This document shows positions 26,247-36,544 of a stretch of DNA of 64,000 bases, piece after piece; positions within the stretch are counted from its first letter, which is position 1, and each line of letters begins with the position of its first letter. The position numbers and the translations under genes are program-made. Origin of the DNA: Pseudomonadota bacterium (GTDB lineage: Bacteria > Pseudomonadota > Gammaproteobacteria > Xanthomonadales > Rhodanobacteraceae); assembly GCA_048498135.1 (NCBI GenBank), contig JBEHYO010000001.1:45022-109021 (forward strand), written 5' to 3'. Below the pieces are notes generated by a model that made no database searches, was not told the origin of the DNA, and saw only the letters and a program-made list of their open reading frames with translations.

Positions 26247-26468
26247 TCACAGGCGATACATGCCTTTGGTGCGCAGAATCCGATCGATCTGATCGAGATG
26301 CTGGCTCGCTTCATTCGACTCGTAACTGAGGTCTGCGCGGTCGATGTACTCACGATCCACGACCGGCGCCGAAACGCCTTTGATCGAAGACAGAATCCTG
26401 TGGACGTCGTTGCCTATCAGATACGAGGACGATCCAGAATCTCGTCGAACCAGTATGGAATTGCGCAT
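26247..26468 (-). CDS. Hypothetical small protein
   Basis: 73-aa ORF with GGGGGA about 8 nt upstream of the ATG. Same strand as the two downstream genes. AT-richer codon usage. No family recognised. Confidence 0.35.
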   Translation of the reverse strand: MRNSILVRRDSGSSSYLIGNDVHRILSSIKGVSAPVVDREYIDRADLSYESNEASQHLDQIDRILRTKGMYRL

Positions 26469-26945
26469 TATCTCGTCCCCCGGTCAGGGTGTTGCGATAT
26501 TCACAATTGAACACTGGCGGTTGTACAACGTCCTGTCCGTTCGCTGCCGCACGCACGCGATCCGACGGTGTTGCGGCCTTAAGCTAGGCGGGCGCCATCT
26601 GCCTACCGGATGCCGCAACCCATCGAAGAAGCCCGCCTTCAATGCAGGCGGCATTGCCTCGACGCCTCGCTCCCTGATGTGCCGCCATTCGGCGTGCGCG
26701 CTCGCCATACGTAGGAAATTTCCTACACGGGTAATCGAACAATTCTTACGTGGTCACACCGGCATCTCGCCGCGCGCGACCGACCGGCGCGCATAGGCAA
26801 GACGTATACGAATGCGCCGTGGCGCTGCGCGAGCGCAACATCGTGTAGCCGCTGCGCCACGTCGCGCGTCGGATATAAACCACCATGTCGCGGCCGCGCG
26901 GCGCTAGCCTTCACGCGCACCGGCAGACCGGTGACGGGGAGTCTC

Positions 26946-29543
26946 ATGAGAGCAACGATCGGATTCCGCACGGCGGCGCTGCTCGCCGTCGCGCTGTCGT
27001 CGATGGCCGGCATCGCAGACGCCGCGATTCCCGCGACCGAACGCGAGGTGCTCGTCGGTCTCTACGCCGCGACGCATGGCGAGGGCTGGGCCATCGCGAC
27101 GAACTGGAACGGCGCGGCCGGCACCGAATGCACCTGGTTCGGCGTCACCTGCGATGCGGCCGGCGGGCACGTCGTCGGCCTCGCGTTGCCGACCAACAGG
27201 CTCGATGGACCGCTCCCCGCGCTCGATGGGCTCACCGAGCTCGCCGTGCTCGACGTGCACAGCGACGATTGCGTGTTCATCGAGCCGCCGGGGGTCTGCC
27301 ACGCGGATCCGAACGCCAATCATCTGCAAGGGCCGCCGCCGTCGCTGGCGGGGCTCGCGCACTTTCAAAGACTGTACGCGCACGCCGCGGGTTTCAGCGG
27401 CCCGATGCCGTCGCTGAGCGGGATGACGACGCTCGTCACGTTCGACGTCAGCGCGAACCTGTTGAACGGTCCGTTCCCTTCGCTCGACGGCCTGGACGCG
27501 CTCGAGGATTTCCTTGTCAGCGACACCACGTTCGTCGGATCGATCCCCCCGCTGAGGGCAGCGAACCTGCGCAACTTCGACGTGTCGGGAATGCAGCTCG
27601 ACGGATCGATTCCGGCGCTGGATCAGCTGCCTCGGCTCGAGACTTTCAAGGCGCGCTGCACGACGCTGACCGGTTCGATTCCAAGTCTCGACGGCCTCAC
27701 CCATTTGCAGACGTTCGACGTCGGGCTCTCGTTGCTGGACGGCGCGATCGGGTCGCTCGCCGGGGCCACGAATCTCGTCACGTTCGATGCCGACGAAAAC
27801 AGGTTGACGGGATCGATTCCGCCGCTTGCGGGACTCGTGCACCTCGCCACGTTCGACGTACACCGCAATCGCCTGAGCGGACCGATTCCCGCGCTGTCCG
27901 GCCTCGCCGCACTGCGCGACTTCATCGTCTGGGGCAATCGGCTGTCGGGGCCGATCCCCAGCCTTGCCGGCCTCACGCAGCTCGCGATGTTCGACATCTC
28001 GGCGAACCAGCTCACCGGGCCGATTCCGCCGCTCGCCGGACTCACTTCGCTGCAGTGGCTCATGGCCTATCAGAATCAGCTGAGCGGACCGATCCCGCCG
28101 CTCGCCCATCAGGGCATCGACGCGTTGTTCTGGTTCGTCGCATTCGAAAATCAGCTGACCGGCCCGATCCCCTCGCTCGAAGGTCTTTCGCACTTGAATT
28201 ACTTTTCGGTGCGCGACAACCGGCTGACAGGGTCGCTGCCGGCGCTCGCGGGGCAATCGCTGGACGCGCTGACGCAGTTCGAAGCGGACCGCAACCAGCT
28301 GACCGGCTCGATTCCGGAACTGTCGGACGTCAACGTCTACATCCTCACCGTGAGCTCGAATGCGCTGACGGGCCCCATTCCAGGGATTCCGGCGACGCTG
28401 TATCAGTTCGACGCCAGCGACAACCATCTCAGCGGCCCGATCCCCGATCTCTCGCACGCCGACGCGTTGCAAGGATTCAATGTCGGGTTCAACGATCTGA
28501 GCGGATCCCTTCCCGCGCCGGCCGCGCGCATGGATCAGCAGCCGAATGTTGCCGGCGTCTCCGTCTGCCCGAACCACCTGACGCCGTCGCCATCCGCGGC
28601 ATGGGACGCGATCGTCGGCCACTCGCCGTGGTACGAGGGCTGCGCCGACAGCTACGTCGATCCGGACCAGTTCGGCCTCACCGGCGCGTGGTACGACACC
28701 GCCGATCCCGGCAAGGGATTCTTGATCGACGCGATGCCCGATCACGTCGCGCCCGGCGTCGGCACCTACTTCGGCGGCTGGTTCAATTTCCTGTGCGACG
28801 TCTACAGATGTCCTGACGGAACGCCCGACGACGAGCAAGGCCGCCAACAGTGGTTCAGTTTCCAGGAAAACGTCGACGCTGCGAATGCGTACCCGCGCCT
28901 GACCGTCTACGAAAGCCGCAGCGGCAATTTCGACGCGCCGCCCGCCGTCGGCGCGACGCCGATCGGCATCTTCGCGCTCGCGTTCGACGATTGCTCGCAC
29001 GGGATGCTGCGCTATCACCTGCCGGGTACGCTCTATCAGGATCGCACGATCCGCCTGACGCGTCTGACGCCGAGCACGCGGTGCACGCCGGACGCCGCTC
29101 CGGCCGCGGTGCCGCCGTCGAACACGTTGCTATCCGGTGCGTGGTACGACCCGACGACGGCGGGACAGGGGCTCGTCTTCGACATCAACGCGGAGAACGG
29201 CGTGCTGTTCGCCGCGTGGTACACGTACGCGGTGGATGGTGCCGGGCTGGACCCCGCCGCGGGGCAGCGCTGGTACACGCTGCAGGCCCGGATCGCGCCC
29301 GATGCGCGCACGTTCCCGGGCGTGACGATCTACGACACGATCGGCGGCATCTTCGATGCGGCCTGGCCTCCGGGCCAAAGCGACTTCATGACGACGACGC
29401 CGGTCGGCAGCACCGACATCACGTTCCAGAGCTGCTCGATGCTGACGATCGACTACCGCTTCACGGCCGGCGAGAACGCCGGCCGCACGGGAACGCTGCA
29501 TCTGGCGCGCCTCAGCCCCGTGCCGGCAGGCTGCGTCGGCTGA
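26946..29543 (+). CDS. Secreted leucine-rich-repeat protein (plant-type LRR cap, ~19 x 23-residue LRRs) with a duplicated C-terminal GxWYDP...GQG domain
   Basis: ATG 26946 lies within ORF 26931..29543. Signal peptide MRATIGFRTAALLAVALSSMAGIADA. Cap EREVLVGLYAATHGEGWAIATNWNGAAGTECTWFGVTCD. Repeats fit xLxxFDVxxNxL(T/S)G(P/S)IPxLxGLx, e.g. HLATFDVHRNRLSGPIPALSGLA. Two ~150-aa C-terminal modules each start G-A-W-Y-D and end in Cys. Confidence 0.85.
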   Translation: MRATIGFRTAALLAVALSSMAGIADAAIPATEREVLVGLYAATHGEGWAIATNWNGAAGTECTWFGVTCDAAGGHVVGLALPTNRLDGPLPALDGLTELAVLDVHSDDCVFIEPPGVCHADPNANHLQGPPPSLAGLAHFQRLYAHAAGFSGPMPSLSGMTTLVTFDVSANLLNGPFPSLDGLDALEDFLVSDTTFVGSIPPLRAANLRNFDVSGMQLDGSIPALDQLPRLETFKARCTTLTGSIPSLDGLTHLQTFDVGLSLLDGAIGSLAGATNLVTFDADENRLTGSIPPLAGLVHLATFDVHRNRLSGPIPALSGLAALRDFIVWGNRLSGPIPSLAGLTQLAMFDISANQLTGPIPPLAGLTSLQWLMAYQNQLSGPIPPLAHQGIDALFWFVAFENQLTGPIPSLEGLSHLNYFSVRDNRLTGSLPALAGQSLDALTQFEADRNQLTGSIPELSDVNVYILTVSSNALTGPIPGIPATLYQFDASDNHLSGPIPDLSHADALQGFNVGFNDLSGSLPAPAARMDQQPNVAGVSVCPNHLTPSPSAAWDAIVGHSPWYEGCADSYVDPDQFGLTGAWYDTADPGKGFLIDAMPDHVAPGVGTYFGGWFNFLCDVYRCPDGTPDDEQGRQQWFSFQENVDAANAYPRLTVYESRSGNFDAPPAVGATPIGIFALAFDDCSHGMLRYHLPGTLYQDRTIRLTRLTPSTRCTPDAAPAAVPPSNTLLSGAWYDPTTAGQGLVFDINAENGVLFAAWYTYAVDGAGLDPAAGQRWYTLQARIAPDARTFPGVTIYDTIGGIFDAAWPPGQSDFMTTTPVGSTDITFQSCSMLTIDYRFTAGENAGRTGTLHLARLSPVPAGCVG

Positions 29544-29693
29544 CGGCGGTCCGTCCGGCGCCGCCTGGCCTGCCTTCAGCTGCCAGACAGGTTCGCTGCG
29601 CCACAGCATGAACGGCCGATGCCCGCAATCCTTGATTCGCGGGCTTAAGCCCGCCATGCTGAGCCCCGCACCCCCCTAACAAGGACCGACCCC

Positions 29694-29882
29694 ATGACCA
29701 AACTCGACAAGCCCCTGCGTCGTGAGATCGCGATCGGCGATCAGGCTTACACGCTCACGATCGATCCCGATGGTCTCAAGCTCGTGCCGAAGGGCCATCG
29801 CAACGGCGTATCGCTTTCGTGGAAGGACGTCGTCAGCGGCGACGCCGCGATCGCATCGGCGCTGCAGGCCTCGACGCACTGA
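29694..29882 (+). CDS. Small hypothetical protein (62 aa)
   Basis: ATG is preceded by AAGGA about 9 nt upstream. MTKLDKPLRREIAIGDQAYTLTIDPDGLKLVPKG... looks like a real small beta-rich protein. No family named. Confidence 0.5.
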   Translation: MTKLDKPLRREIAIGDQAYTLTIDPDGLKLVPKGHRNGVSLSWKDVVSGDAAIASALQASTH

Positions 29883-29976
29883 GTGTCTCGCGCGCGCCCC
29901 GGCGTGCGCCTGCGCTGCCGGTCCGTTCCCGGCAATCGCTCCCGACGTGAACCACTCCGCGCTGTTCGCCGTCCGG

Positions 29977-31323
29977 TCATTCGGACGGCACAGCGCTTCC
30001 CGCCGCGGTGACGCGCCAGACGCGCCCGCCGACGTCGTCGGCCACCAGCAGCGCGCCGCCCTTTCCTACCGCAACGCCCACCGGCCGGCCCATCGCCTCG
30101 CCCTTGTCGTCGAGGAAGCCGGTGAGGACGTCCTCGGGTTTGCCCGTCGCCCTGCCGTGCTCGAACGGCACGAAGATGACGCGGTAGCCGGAGAACGGCT
30201 TGCGGTTCCACGACCCGTGCTGGCCGACGAACGCGCCGCCGCGATAGCGCGACGGCAGCGCATCGCCCTCGTAGAACGTGAAACCGAGCGAGGCTGTGTG
30301 CGAGCCGACCGCGTAGTCGGGCACGAGCGCACGCGAAACGAGATCGGGCCGCGGCGGCTCGGCGCGCGTGTCCACGTGCTGGCCGTAGTAGCTGTAGGGC
30401 CAGCCGTAGAAGCCGCCGTCGCGCACCGAGGTGATGTAGTCCGGCACGAGATCGTTGCCGAGCTCGTCGCGTTCGTTGACGGCCGTCCATAGCGCGCCCG
30501 TCTCCGGCTCCCAGCCCATGCCGTTCGCATTCCGCAGGCCGCTCGCGAAGACGCGCGACGCGCCCGTCTTCGGATCGATCTCGAGAATGTCGGCGCGATC
30601 CTTCTCGGCCGCGACGCCGTTCTCGAGCACGTTGCTGTTCGAGCCGACCGTGACGTAGAGCTTGCTGCCGTCGCGGCTCGCGATCACGTTCTTCGTCCAG
30701 TGATGGTTGATCGTGCCGGCCGGAAGATCTGCGACCTTCGTGCCGGCGCCGTCGATGTGCGTCGCGCCGGTGTCGTAGCGAAAGCGCAGCAGCGCGTCGG
30801 TATCGGCGACGTAGAAATCGTTGCCGACCAGCGCCATCCCGAACGGCGAATTGAGGTTAGCGATGAAGACGCTGCGCGTCTCGGCGATGCCGTCGCCGTC
30901 CCCGTCGCGCAGCAGCGTGATGCGATTCGCGCTCGGCGCGCCCGAACCCGCCCTGCTCATGAGCTTGGTCATGACGAAGCCCCTGAACCCCTTGCGGTCG
31001 TCGGGTTTCGGCGGGGCGTCGGTCTCGGCGACGAGCACGTCGCCGTTCGGCAGCACGTAGAGCCAGCGCGGGTGTTCGAGATCGGCGGCGAACGCGTTGA
31101 CTGCAAGGCCCTGTGCGGGCGTCGGCTCTGCGCCTTGCGGCCAGTGCGTAGCCTTCGCCACGCGCACCGTCGGAATGAGCGACGGGTCGGGCGCGGGCAG
31201 GACGGGCGCGCTGCCGCTGCCCGCGTCGATCGGCATGGCCTTGTCGGACGCGCACGCGGCCAGCGCGAGCGAGCACGCAAGCGTCACGAGATGCGCGATG
31301 GGGTTTCTGGACGGCTGTTGCAT
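29977..31323 (-). CDS. PQQ-dependent sugar (sorbosone-type) dehydrogenase lipoprotein
   Basis: Lipobox LALAAC after the signal peptide. Beta-propeller sGDH-family motifs ([55 protein letters not shown]). Confidence 0.85.
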   Translation of the reverse strand: MQQPSRNPIAHLVTLACSLALAACASDKAMPIDAGSGSAPVLPAPDPSLIPTVRVAKATHWPQGAEPTPAQGLAVNAFAADLEHPRWLYVLPNGDVLVAETDAPPKPDDRKGFRGFVMTKLMSRAGSGAPSANRITLLRDGDGDGIAETRSVFIANLNSPFGMALVGNDFYVADTDALLRFRYDTGATHIDGAGTKVADLPAGTINHHWTKNVIASRDGSKLYVTVGSNSNVLENGVAAEKDRADILEIDPKTGASRVFASGLRNANGMGWEPETGALWTAVNERDELGNDLVPDYITSVRDGGFYGWPYSYYGQHVDTRAEPPRPDLVSRALVPDYAVGSHTASLGFTFYEGDALPSRYRGGAFVGQHGSWNRKPFSGYRVIFVPFEHGRATGKPEDVLTGFLDDKGEAMGRPVGVAVGKGGALLVADDVGGRVWRVTAAGSAVPSE

Positions 31324-31648
31324 GGGGTCTCTCCTGCGTGTGTGTCGGCGACCCCCGTCGCCGTCCCTGGTCGAGCTCAGACCGGACGATGGCGCCGCGC
31401 GCTTGGCCTCTGCGTGAACGCACCCGATGCCTGTTCATCGCCGCGACACGTGGCTGAACCGAAGAACCGGCCATGGCATGGAACCTGCAGAAATCGCAGC
31501 CGTAGACGGCGCAAAACCGCGGGCCGTCGGCCCGCGATCGCGCCGGGGAATCCAGGGGCAACGCATGCGTCCGACGAAGCTGCCACGGAGTGTCAGCTAT
31601 CGACGCCGGCTGCACCTGCGAACTTCGATCACTAACCAGGGAAACGTC

Positions 31649-32164
31649 ATGAAGAGCTCGCTGTTGCTCATCCTGCTTGCGGCCGCCGGCTTCGCCTCGT
31701 CCGCGTCCGCGGGTGCGATCTACAAGTGCGCGGCTCCGACGGGCGGAACCGTCTACAGCCAGACGCCCTGCGGCAAGGATGCGGCGCAGATGGCGTCGAA
31801 CGGATCGAAGGCCAGCATGCCTGCCAACGATGCCGGCAACGACAAGGCCGTGCTCGCGCAGATCGAGACGCGTTGCGATGCGGGCTCGCACAAGATCGTC
31901 GACGGCTACAGCGCGCAGTTCGCCGAAGCGAACGCGTCGATCGCCGATCTCCACAGGCGCCTCCTCGTGCAGGGCCCGAACGGCATCGAGAAGGATGCCG
32001 ACGTGCAGAAGAAGATCGACGCGCTCGAAGCGCAGAAGACCGATCTTCTGGGCGCGCAGGACCGCGAGATTTCGACGCTACGCGAGCAGTGCGAGGTCGA
32101 ACGCACGACCGAGATGAAGCGCCAGTCGGACCGCGACGCCGCGCACGCGATGGTCAAGCGTTGA
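31649..32164 (+). CDS. DUF4124 domain-containing secreted protein
   Basis: Internal ATG of ORF 31427..32164. Signal peptide MKSSLLLILLAAAGFASSASA, followed by the DUF4124-type IYKCAAPTGGTVYSQTPCG and then a coiled-coil region. Confidence 0.7.
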   Translation: MKSSLLLILLAAAGFASSASAGAIYKCAAPTGGTVYSQTPCGKDAAQMASNGSKASMPANDAGNDKAVLAQIETRCDAGSHKIVDGYSAQFAEANASIADLHRRLLVQGPNGIEKDADVQKKIDALEAQKTDLLGAQDREISTLREQCEVERTTEMKRQSDRDAAHAMVKR

Positions 32165-32379
32165 CCGTTTTTCCGGAGAAAACGCGTCCGCCCGGCAGGG
32201 CCGGGCGCCGAAACGGGTCAAAAAACGCTTCGGCACAAGGCAATTCGCAAAAAAAGCCCTGAAACAAGGGCTCTCCCGCTGCCTTTTCTCCCGAAACCCC
32301 GCTACGCTTCGCCTGCGGCGCTGCCCTAAGCAGCCGTGAACCGAACCTCATCAAAAAAACCGCAGGAGATCTCCGATCC

Positions 32380-32748
32380 ATGGCAATGAAAAAGAAGGCC
32401 GCAGCCAAGTCCGCCAAGAAACCCGCCGCGATGAAGCCGGTGACGCAAGCCTTGTCGAAGTCGGGACTCGTCAGCCATATCTCGCAGCACACCGGCGTCG
32501 ACACGAAGAGCACGCGTGCGGTGCTCGAGGCGCTCGAGCAGACGATGCACAGCGCCGTGAGCAAGAAGGGCGCGGGCCTGTTCACGATGCCGGGAGCTTT
32601 CAAGATGACTGCGACCGCCGTGGCGGCGAAGCCCAAGCGCAAGGGCATCGATCCTTTCACGAAGGAAGAGCGCTGGTTCGCGGCGAAGCCGGCCAGCGTC
32701 AAGGTCAAGATCCGTCCGCTGAAGAAGCTCAAGGACGCGGCGCTCTAA
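32380..32748 (+). CDS. HU-family DNA-binding protein with a Lys/Ala-rich N-terminal extension
   Basis: AGGAG lies about 12 nt upstream. N-terminus MAMKKKAAAKSAKKPAAMKP, then an HU/IHF-like fold (LVSHISQHTGVDTKSTRAVLEALEQTM..., PFTKEERWFAAKPASVKVKIRPLKKLKD). Confidence 0.8.
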   Translation: MAMKKKAAAKSAKKPAAMKPVTQALSKSGLVSHISQHTGVDTKSTRAVLEALEQTMHSAVSKKGAGLFTMPGAFKMTATAVAAKPKRKGIDPFTKEERWFAAKPASVKVKIRPLKKLKDAAL

Positions 32749-32774
32749 TACGCGTTGCCGCTGCTTTTTTCCGG

Positions 32775-32809
32775 CACCACCGGCCTTGCGGCCGGTGGTG
32801 TTTTCGTTT
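32775..32809. terminator. Bidirectional rho-independent terminator between the HU-like gene and purA
   Basis: CACCACCGGCC-TTGC-GGCCGGTGGTG (11-bp stem) is flanked by CTTTTTTCC upstream and TTTTCGTTT downstream, so it can serve both convergent genes. Confidence 0.65.
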
Positions 32810-32844
32810 CCGCGTCCGGCGCGATGCGCCGCGCGCGCGGAAAA

Positions 32845-34182
<1,338 letters not shown>

Positions 34183-34365
34183 TCAGCGAACCACCTGCAG
34201 CACGACGAGCCCGATCACGATCATGCCCGCCCCGATCATACGCAACGTTCTCTCATCGATTTGTTGCAGCTGCGCGGCCATGCGTTTCCAGAGGCCGGGC
34301 GATGCGAACAGGAAGAGTCCCTCGATCACGAGCACGAGGCAGAGCGCTGCGGCGAGCGTAGTCAC
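34183..34365 (-). CDS. DUF2065 small membrane protein
   Basis: 60-aa protein with two TM segments, in the conserved slot between hflC and purA. Confidence 0.75.
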   Translation of the reverse strand: MTTLAAALCLVLVIEGLFLFASPGLWKRMAAQLQQIDERTLRMIGAGMIVIGLVVLQVVR

Positions 34366-34368
34366 GCG

Positions 34369-35232
34369 TCACTTGCTTTCCGAAAGGTAACGCAGGAACT
34401 CCGATTTCGAATCGAGCACGAGCACGCCGTTCTGCGTCGTCAGCGAATCGCGATACGCCTCGAGGCTCCTGTAGAACGCATAGAACTCGGGATCGCGGCC
34501 GTACACGGCGGCATAGATCTCGGCGGCCTTCGCGTCGCCCTCGCCGCGCGTCTTCGCGGCATCGCGGTAAGCCTCGGCCTTCAGCACCTGCGCCTGGCGA
34601 TCCGCGTTCGACTTGATGCGGAGCGCCGCCTCGTTGCCCTCGGCGCGAAGCGCGTCGGCCACCTGCTTGCGCTCCGAGCGCATGCGCTCGTAGACCGAAC
34701 GCAAGACGAGGCTCTCGTCGGGGAGATCGATGCGCTTGATGCGCACGTCGACGATCTGGATGCCGAGATTCTCGGCGTCCTTGTTGGCGGCCTGCAGCAG
34801 CGCCTGCGTCAGGTCCGAGCGCGCGCTCGAGACGACCTCCTGCAGCGTTCGCGAATTGATCGCGGTGCGAAGGCCGTTCTTGACGATCGGCGTGAGGCGT
34901 TGCTGCGCGCGCGTTTCGTCGCCGCCGACCGACGTGTAGTACGTCGACGGATCCGAGATGCGCCACTTGACGAAGAAATCGACGCTGACGTCCTTGCGCT
35001 CCGACGTCTGCCAGCGCTCCGGCGCCGATTCGAGCGTCAGGATGCGCCGGTCGAAACGCAGCACCTGCTGCAGCGGCGTCGGCAGCTTGAAGTGGAGTCC
35101 CGGCTTGACGCCGGTTTCGACGATGCGGCCGAACTGCACGAGGATCGCGCTCTGGCCTTCGTTGACGATGTAGCCGCACGTGCTCGCGAGCAGCACGATC
35201 AGCACGGCGATGACTGCGCTGGCGGCGCGCAT
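34369..35232 (-). CDS. hflC: Protease modulator HflC
   Basis: The ATG overlaps the hflK stop (ATGA at 35229..35232, minus-strand motif). N-terminal TM plus an SPFH domain (GYIVNEGQSAILVQFGRIVETGVKPGLHFKLP). It is the C-terminal part of composite ORF 34369..36333. Confidence 0.9.
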   Translation of the reverse strand: MRAASAVIAVLIVLLASTCGYIVNEGQSAILVQFGRIVETGVKPGLHFKLPTPLQQVLRFDRRILTLESAPERWQTSERKDVSVDFFVKWRISDPSTYYTSVGGDETRAQQRLTPIVKNGLRTAINSRTLQEVVSSARSDLTQALLQAANKDAENLGIQIVDVRIKRIDLPDESLVLRSVYERMRSERKQVADALRAEGNEAALRIKSNADRQAQVLKAEAYRDAAKTRGEGDAKAAEIYAAVYGRDPEFYAFYRSLEAYRDSLTTQNGVLVLDSKSEFLRYLSESK

Positions 35233-36374
35233 CAGCGGCCTCCCTTGCCGGCGGCATCCGGCGTCACGACGGCCGGCGCGACGGCTTCGACGGTCGGCGC
35301 GTTCCTGCCCGCGTCGATGGGCAGATAAAGGAGGTTCTTGCCGCCCGAGAGATCGATGACCTTGCTGCTCTCGGCGAGCACTTTCTGCATCGTCTCGATG
35401 TAGAGGCGCTTGCGCGTGACTTCCGGCGCGGCCTTGTATTCGGATTCGATCAGGCTGAAGCGCTGCGCGTCGCCTTCGGCGGTCGCGATGCGCTCGGCCT
35501 TGTAGCCTTCGGCTTCGGCGAGGATGCGCGCCGCGTCGCCGCGCGCGTTCGGGATGACGCTCTTCGCGTAGGCGTCGGCTTCGTTGCTGCGCCGCTGGCG
35601 ATCCTCGCGCGCGCTGATCGCGTCGTCGAACGCTTCCTTGACCTCTTGCGGCGGACGCACGTTCTGGAAGTTGAGCTGCTGCACGATCAGGCCCGTGTCG
35701 TAGCGGTTGAGCGTCGCCTGCAGCACCTTCTGCGCCGCGCCGGCGAGCTCGGCGCTCGGGTTCGGCGGCGGCGGCGAGACATCCTGCGGAGCGGCGGGCG
35801 CCGTGCCGCTGTCCTTGGCCGTTTCGGCCTGCGCCGGCGCCTGCTGCTGGTCGGGCATGATCGACGAGAGCCCGCTCGCGCCGATGACTTCGCGCACGGC
35901 GCTCTCGGCGGCCTGCTTGATCGTCTCGTCGGGATCGCGAACGCTGAAAAGATATTGCTGCGGATCGGCGACCGTGTATTGCACGTTGAAATCGACGAGG
36001 ACGATGTTCTCGTCCTTGGTCAGCACGCGCACCTGATCCGATGTCTGTCCGACGTTCTTCGCGTTGACCTTGAGCACGGTCTCGATCGGACGCGGCCACT
36101 TGAGGTTGAAGCCCGGCGCCATCGTGCGCGCGTACTGGCCGAAGCGGAGCACGACGCCCGACTCGTTCGCCTTGATGACGGCGCTCGAATCCCATGCGAT
36201 CCAGACCAGCGCGATCGCGACGATGGCGACACCGGGACCGCCGCCGCCGCTGAAGAGGCGGTTGAAGAAGCTGCCGATGCGCTTGAGGAGCGCGTCGAAA
36301 TCGGGCGATGGACCGCCGCCCGAGTCCTTCCATGGGTCGCGCTGTTTGCCGCTACCGGGTTCGTTCCAGGCCAT
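35232..36374 (-). CDS. hflK: FtsH protease activity modulator HflK
   Basis: MAWNEPGSGKQRDPW..., a TM segment and an SPFH domain (ANESGVVLRFGQYARTMAPGFNLKWP). Follows hflX. Confidence 0.9.
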   Translation of the reverse strand: MAWNEPGSGKQRDPWKDSGGGPSPDFDALLKRIGSFFNRLFSGGGGPGVAIVAIALVWIAWDSSAVIKANESGVVLRFGQYARTMAPGFNLKWPRPIETVLKVNAKNVGQTSDQVRVLTKDENIVLVDFNVQYTVADPQQYLFSVRDPDETIKQAAESAVREVIGASGLSSIMPDQQQAPAQAETAKDSGTAPAAPQDVSPPPPNPSAELAGAAQKVLQATLNRYDTGLIVQQLNFQNVRPPQEVKEAFDDAISAREDRQRRSNEADAYAKSVIPNARGDAARILAEAEGYKAERIATAEGDAQRFSLIESEYKAAPEVTRKRLYIETMQKVLAESSKVIDLSGGKNLLYLPIDAGRNAPTVEAVAPAVVTPDAAGKGGR

Positions 36375-36544
36375 TCCTCGTGTCCTCGTTGCCGGCGGCG
36401 CCGCAACGTCCAGAGCGCTTCTTCGACACTGCGGCTCTTCGTTGAGACCGCGGCCATGGATGGTCGCATCCGGACGTCATCTTGATTGACCGCACCAAGC
36501 GGTGAAGTGCGGCCCTGAAGAAGCGATCAGGGACGATCGCACGA

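Noticed and set aside
27150-28480. Regular ~69-bp periodicity that could be taken for a CRISPR array or tandem DNA repeat.
   Set aside because: The periodicity is the 23-codon LRR unit of a continuous ORF. The repeats are divergent at the DNA level and there are no unique spacers or cas genes.
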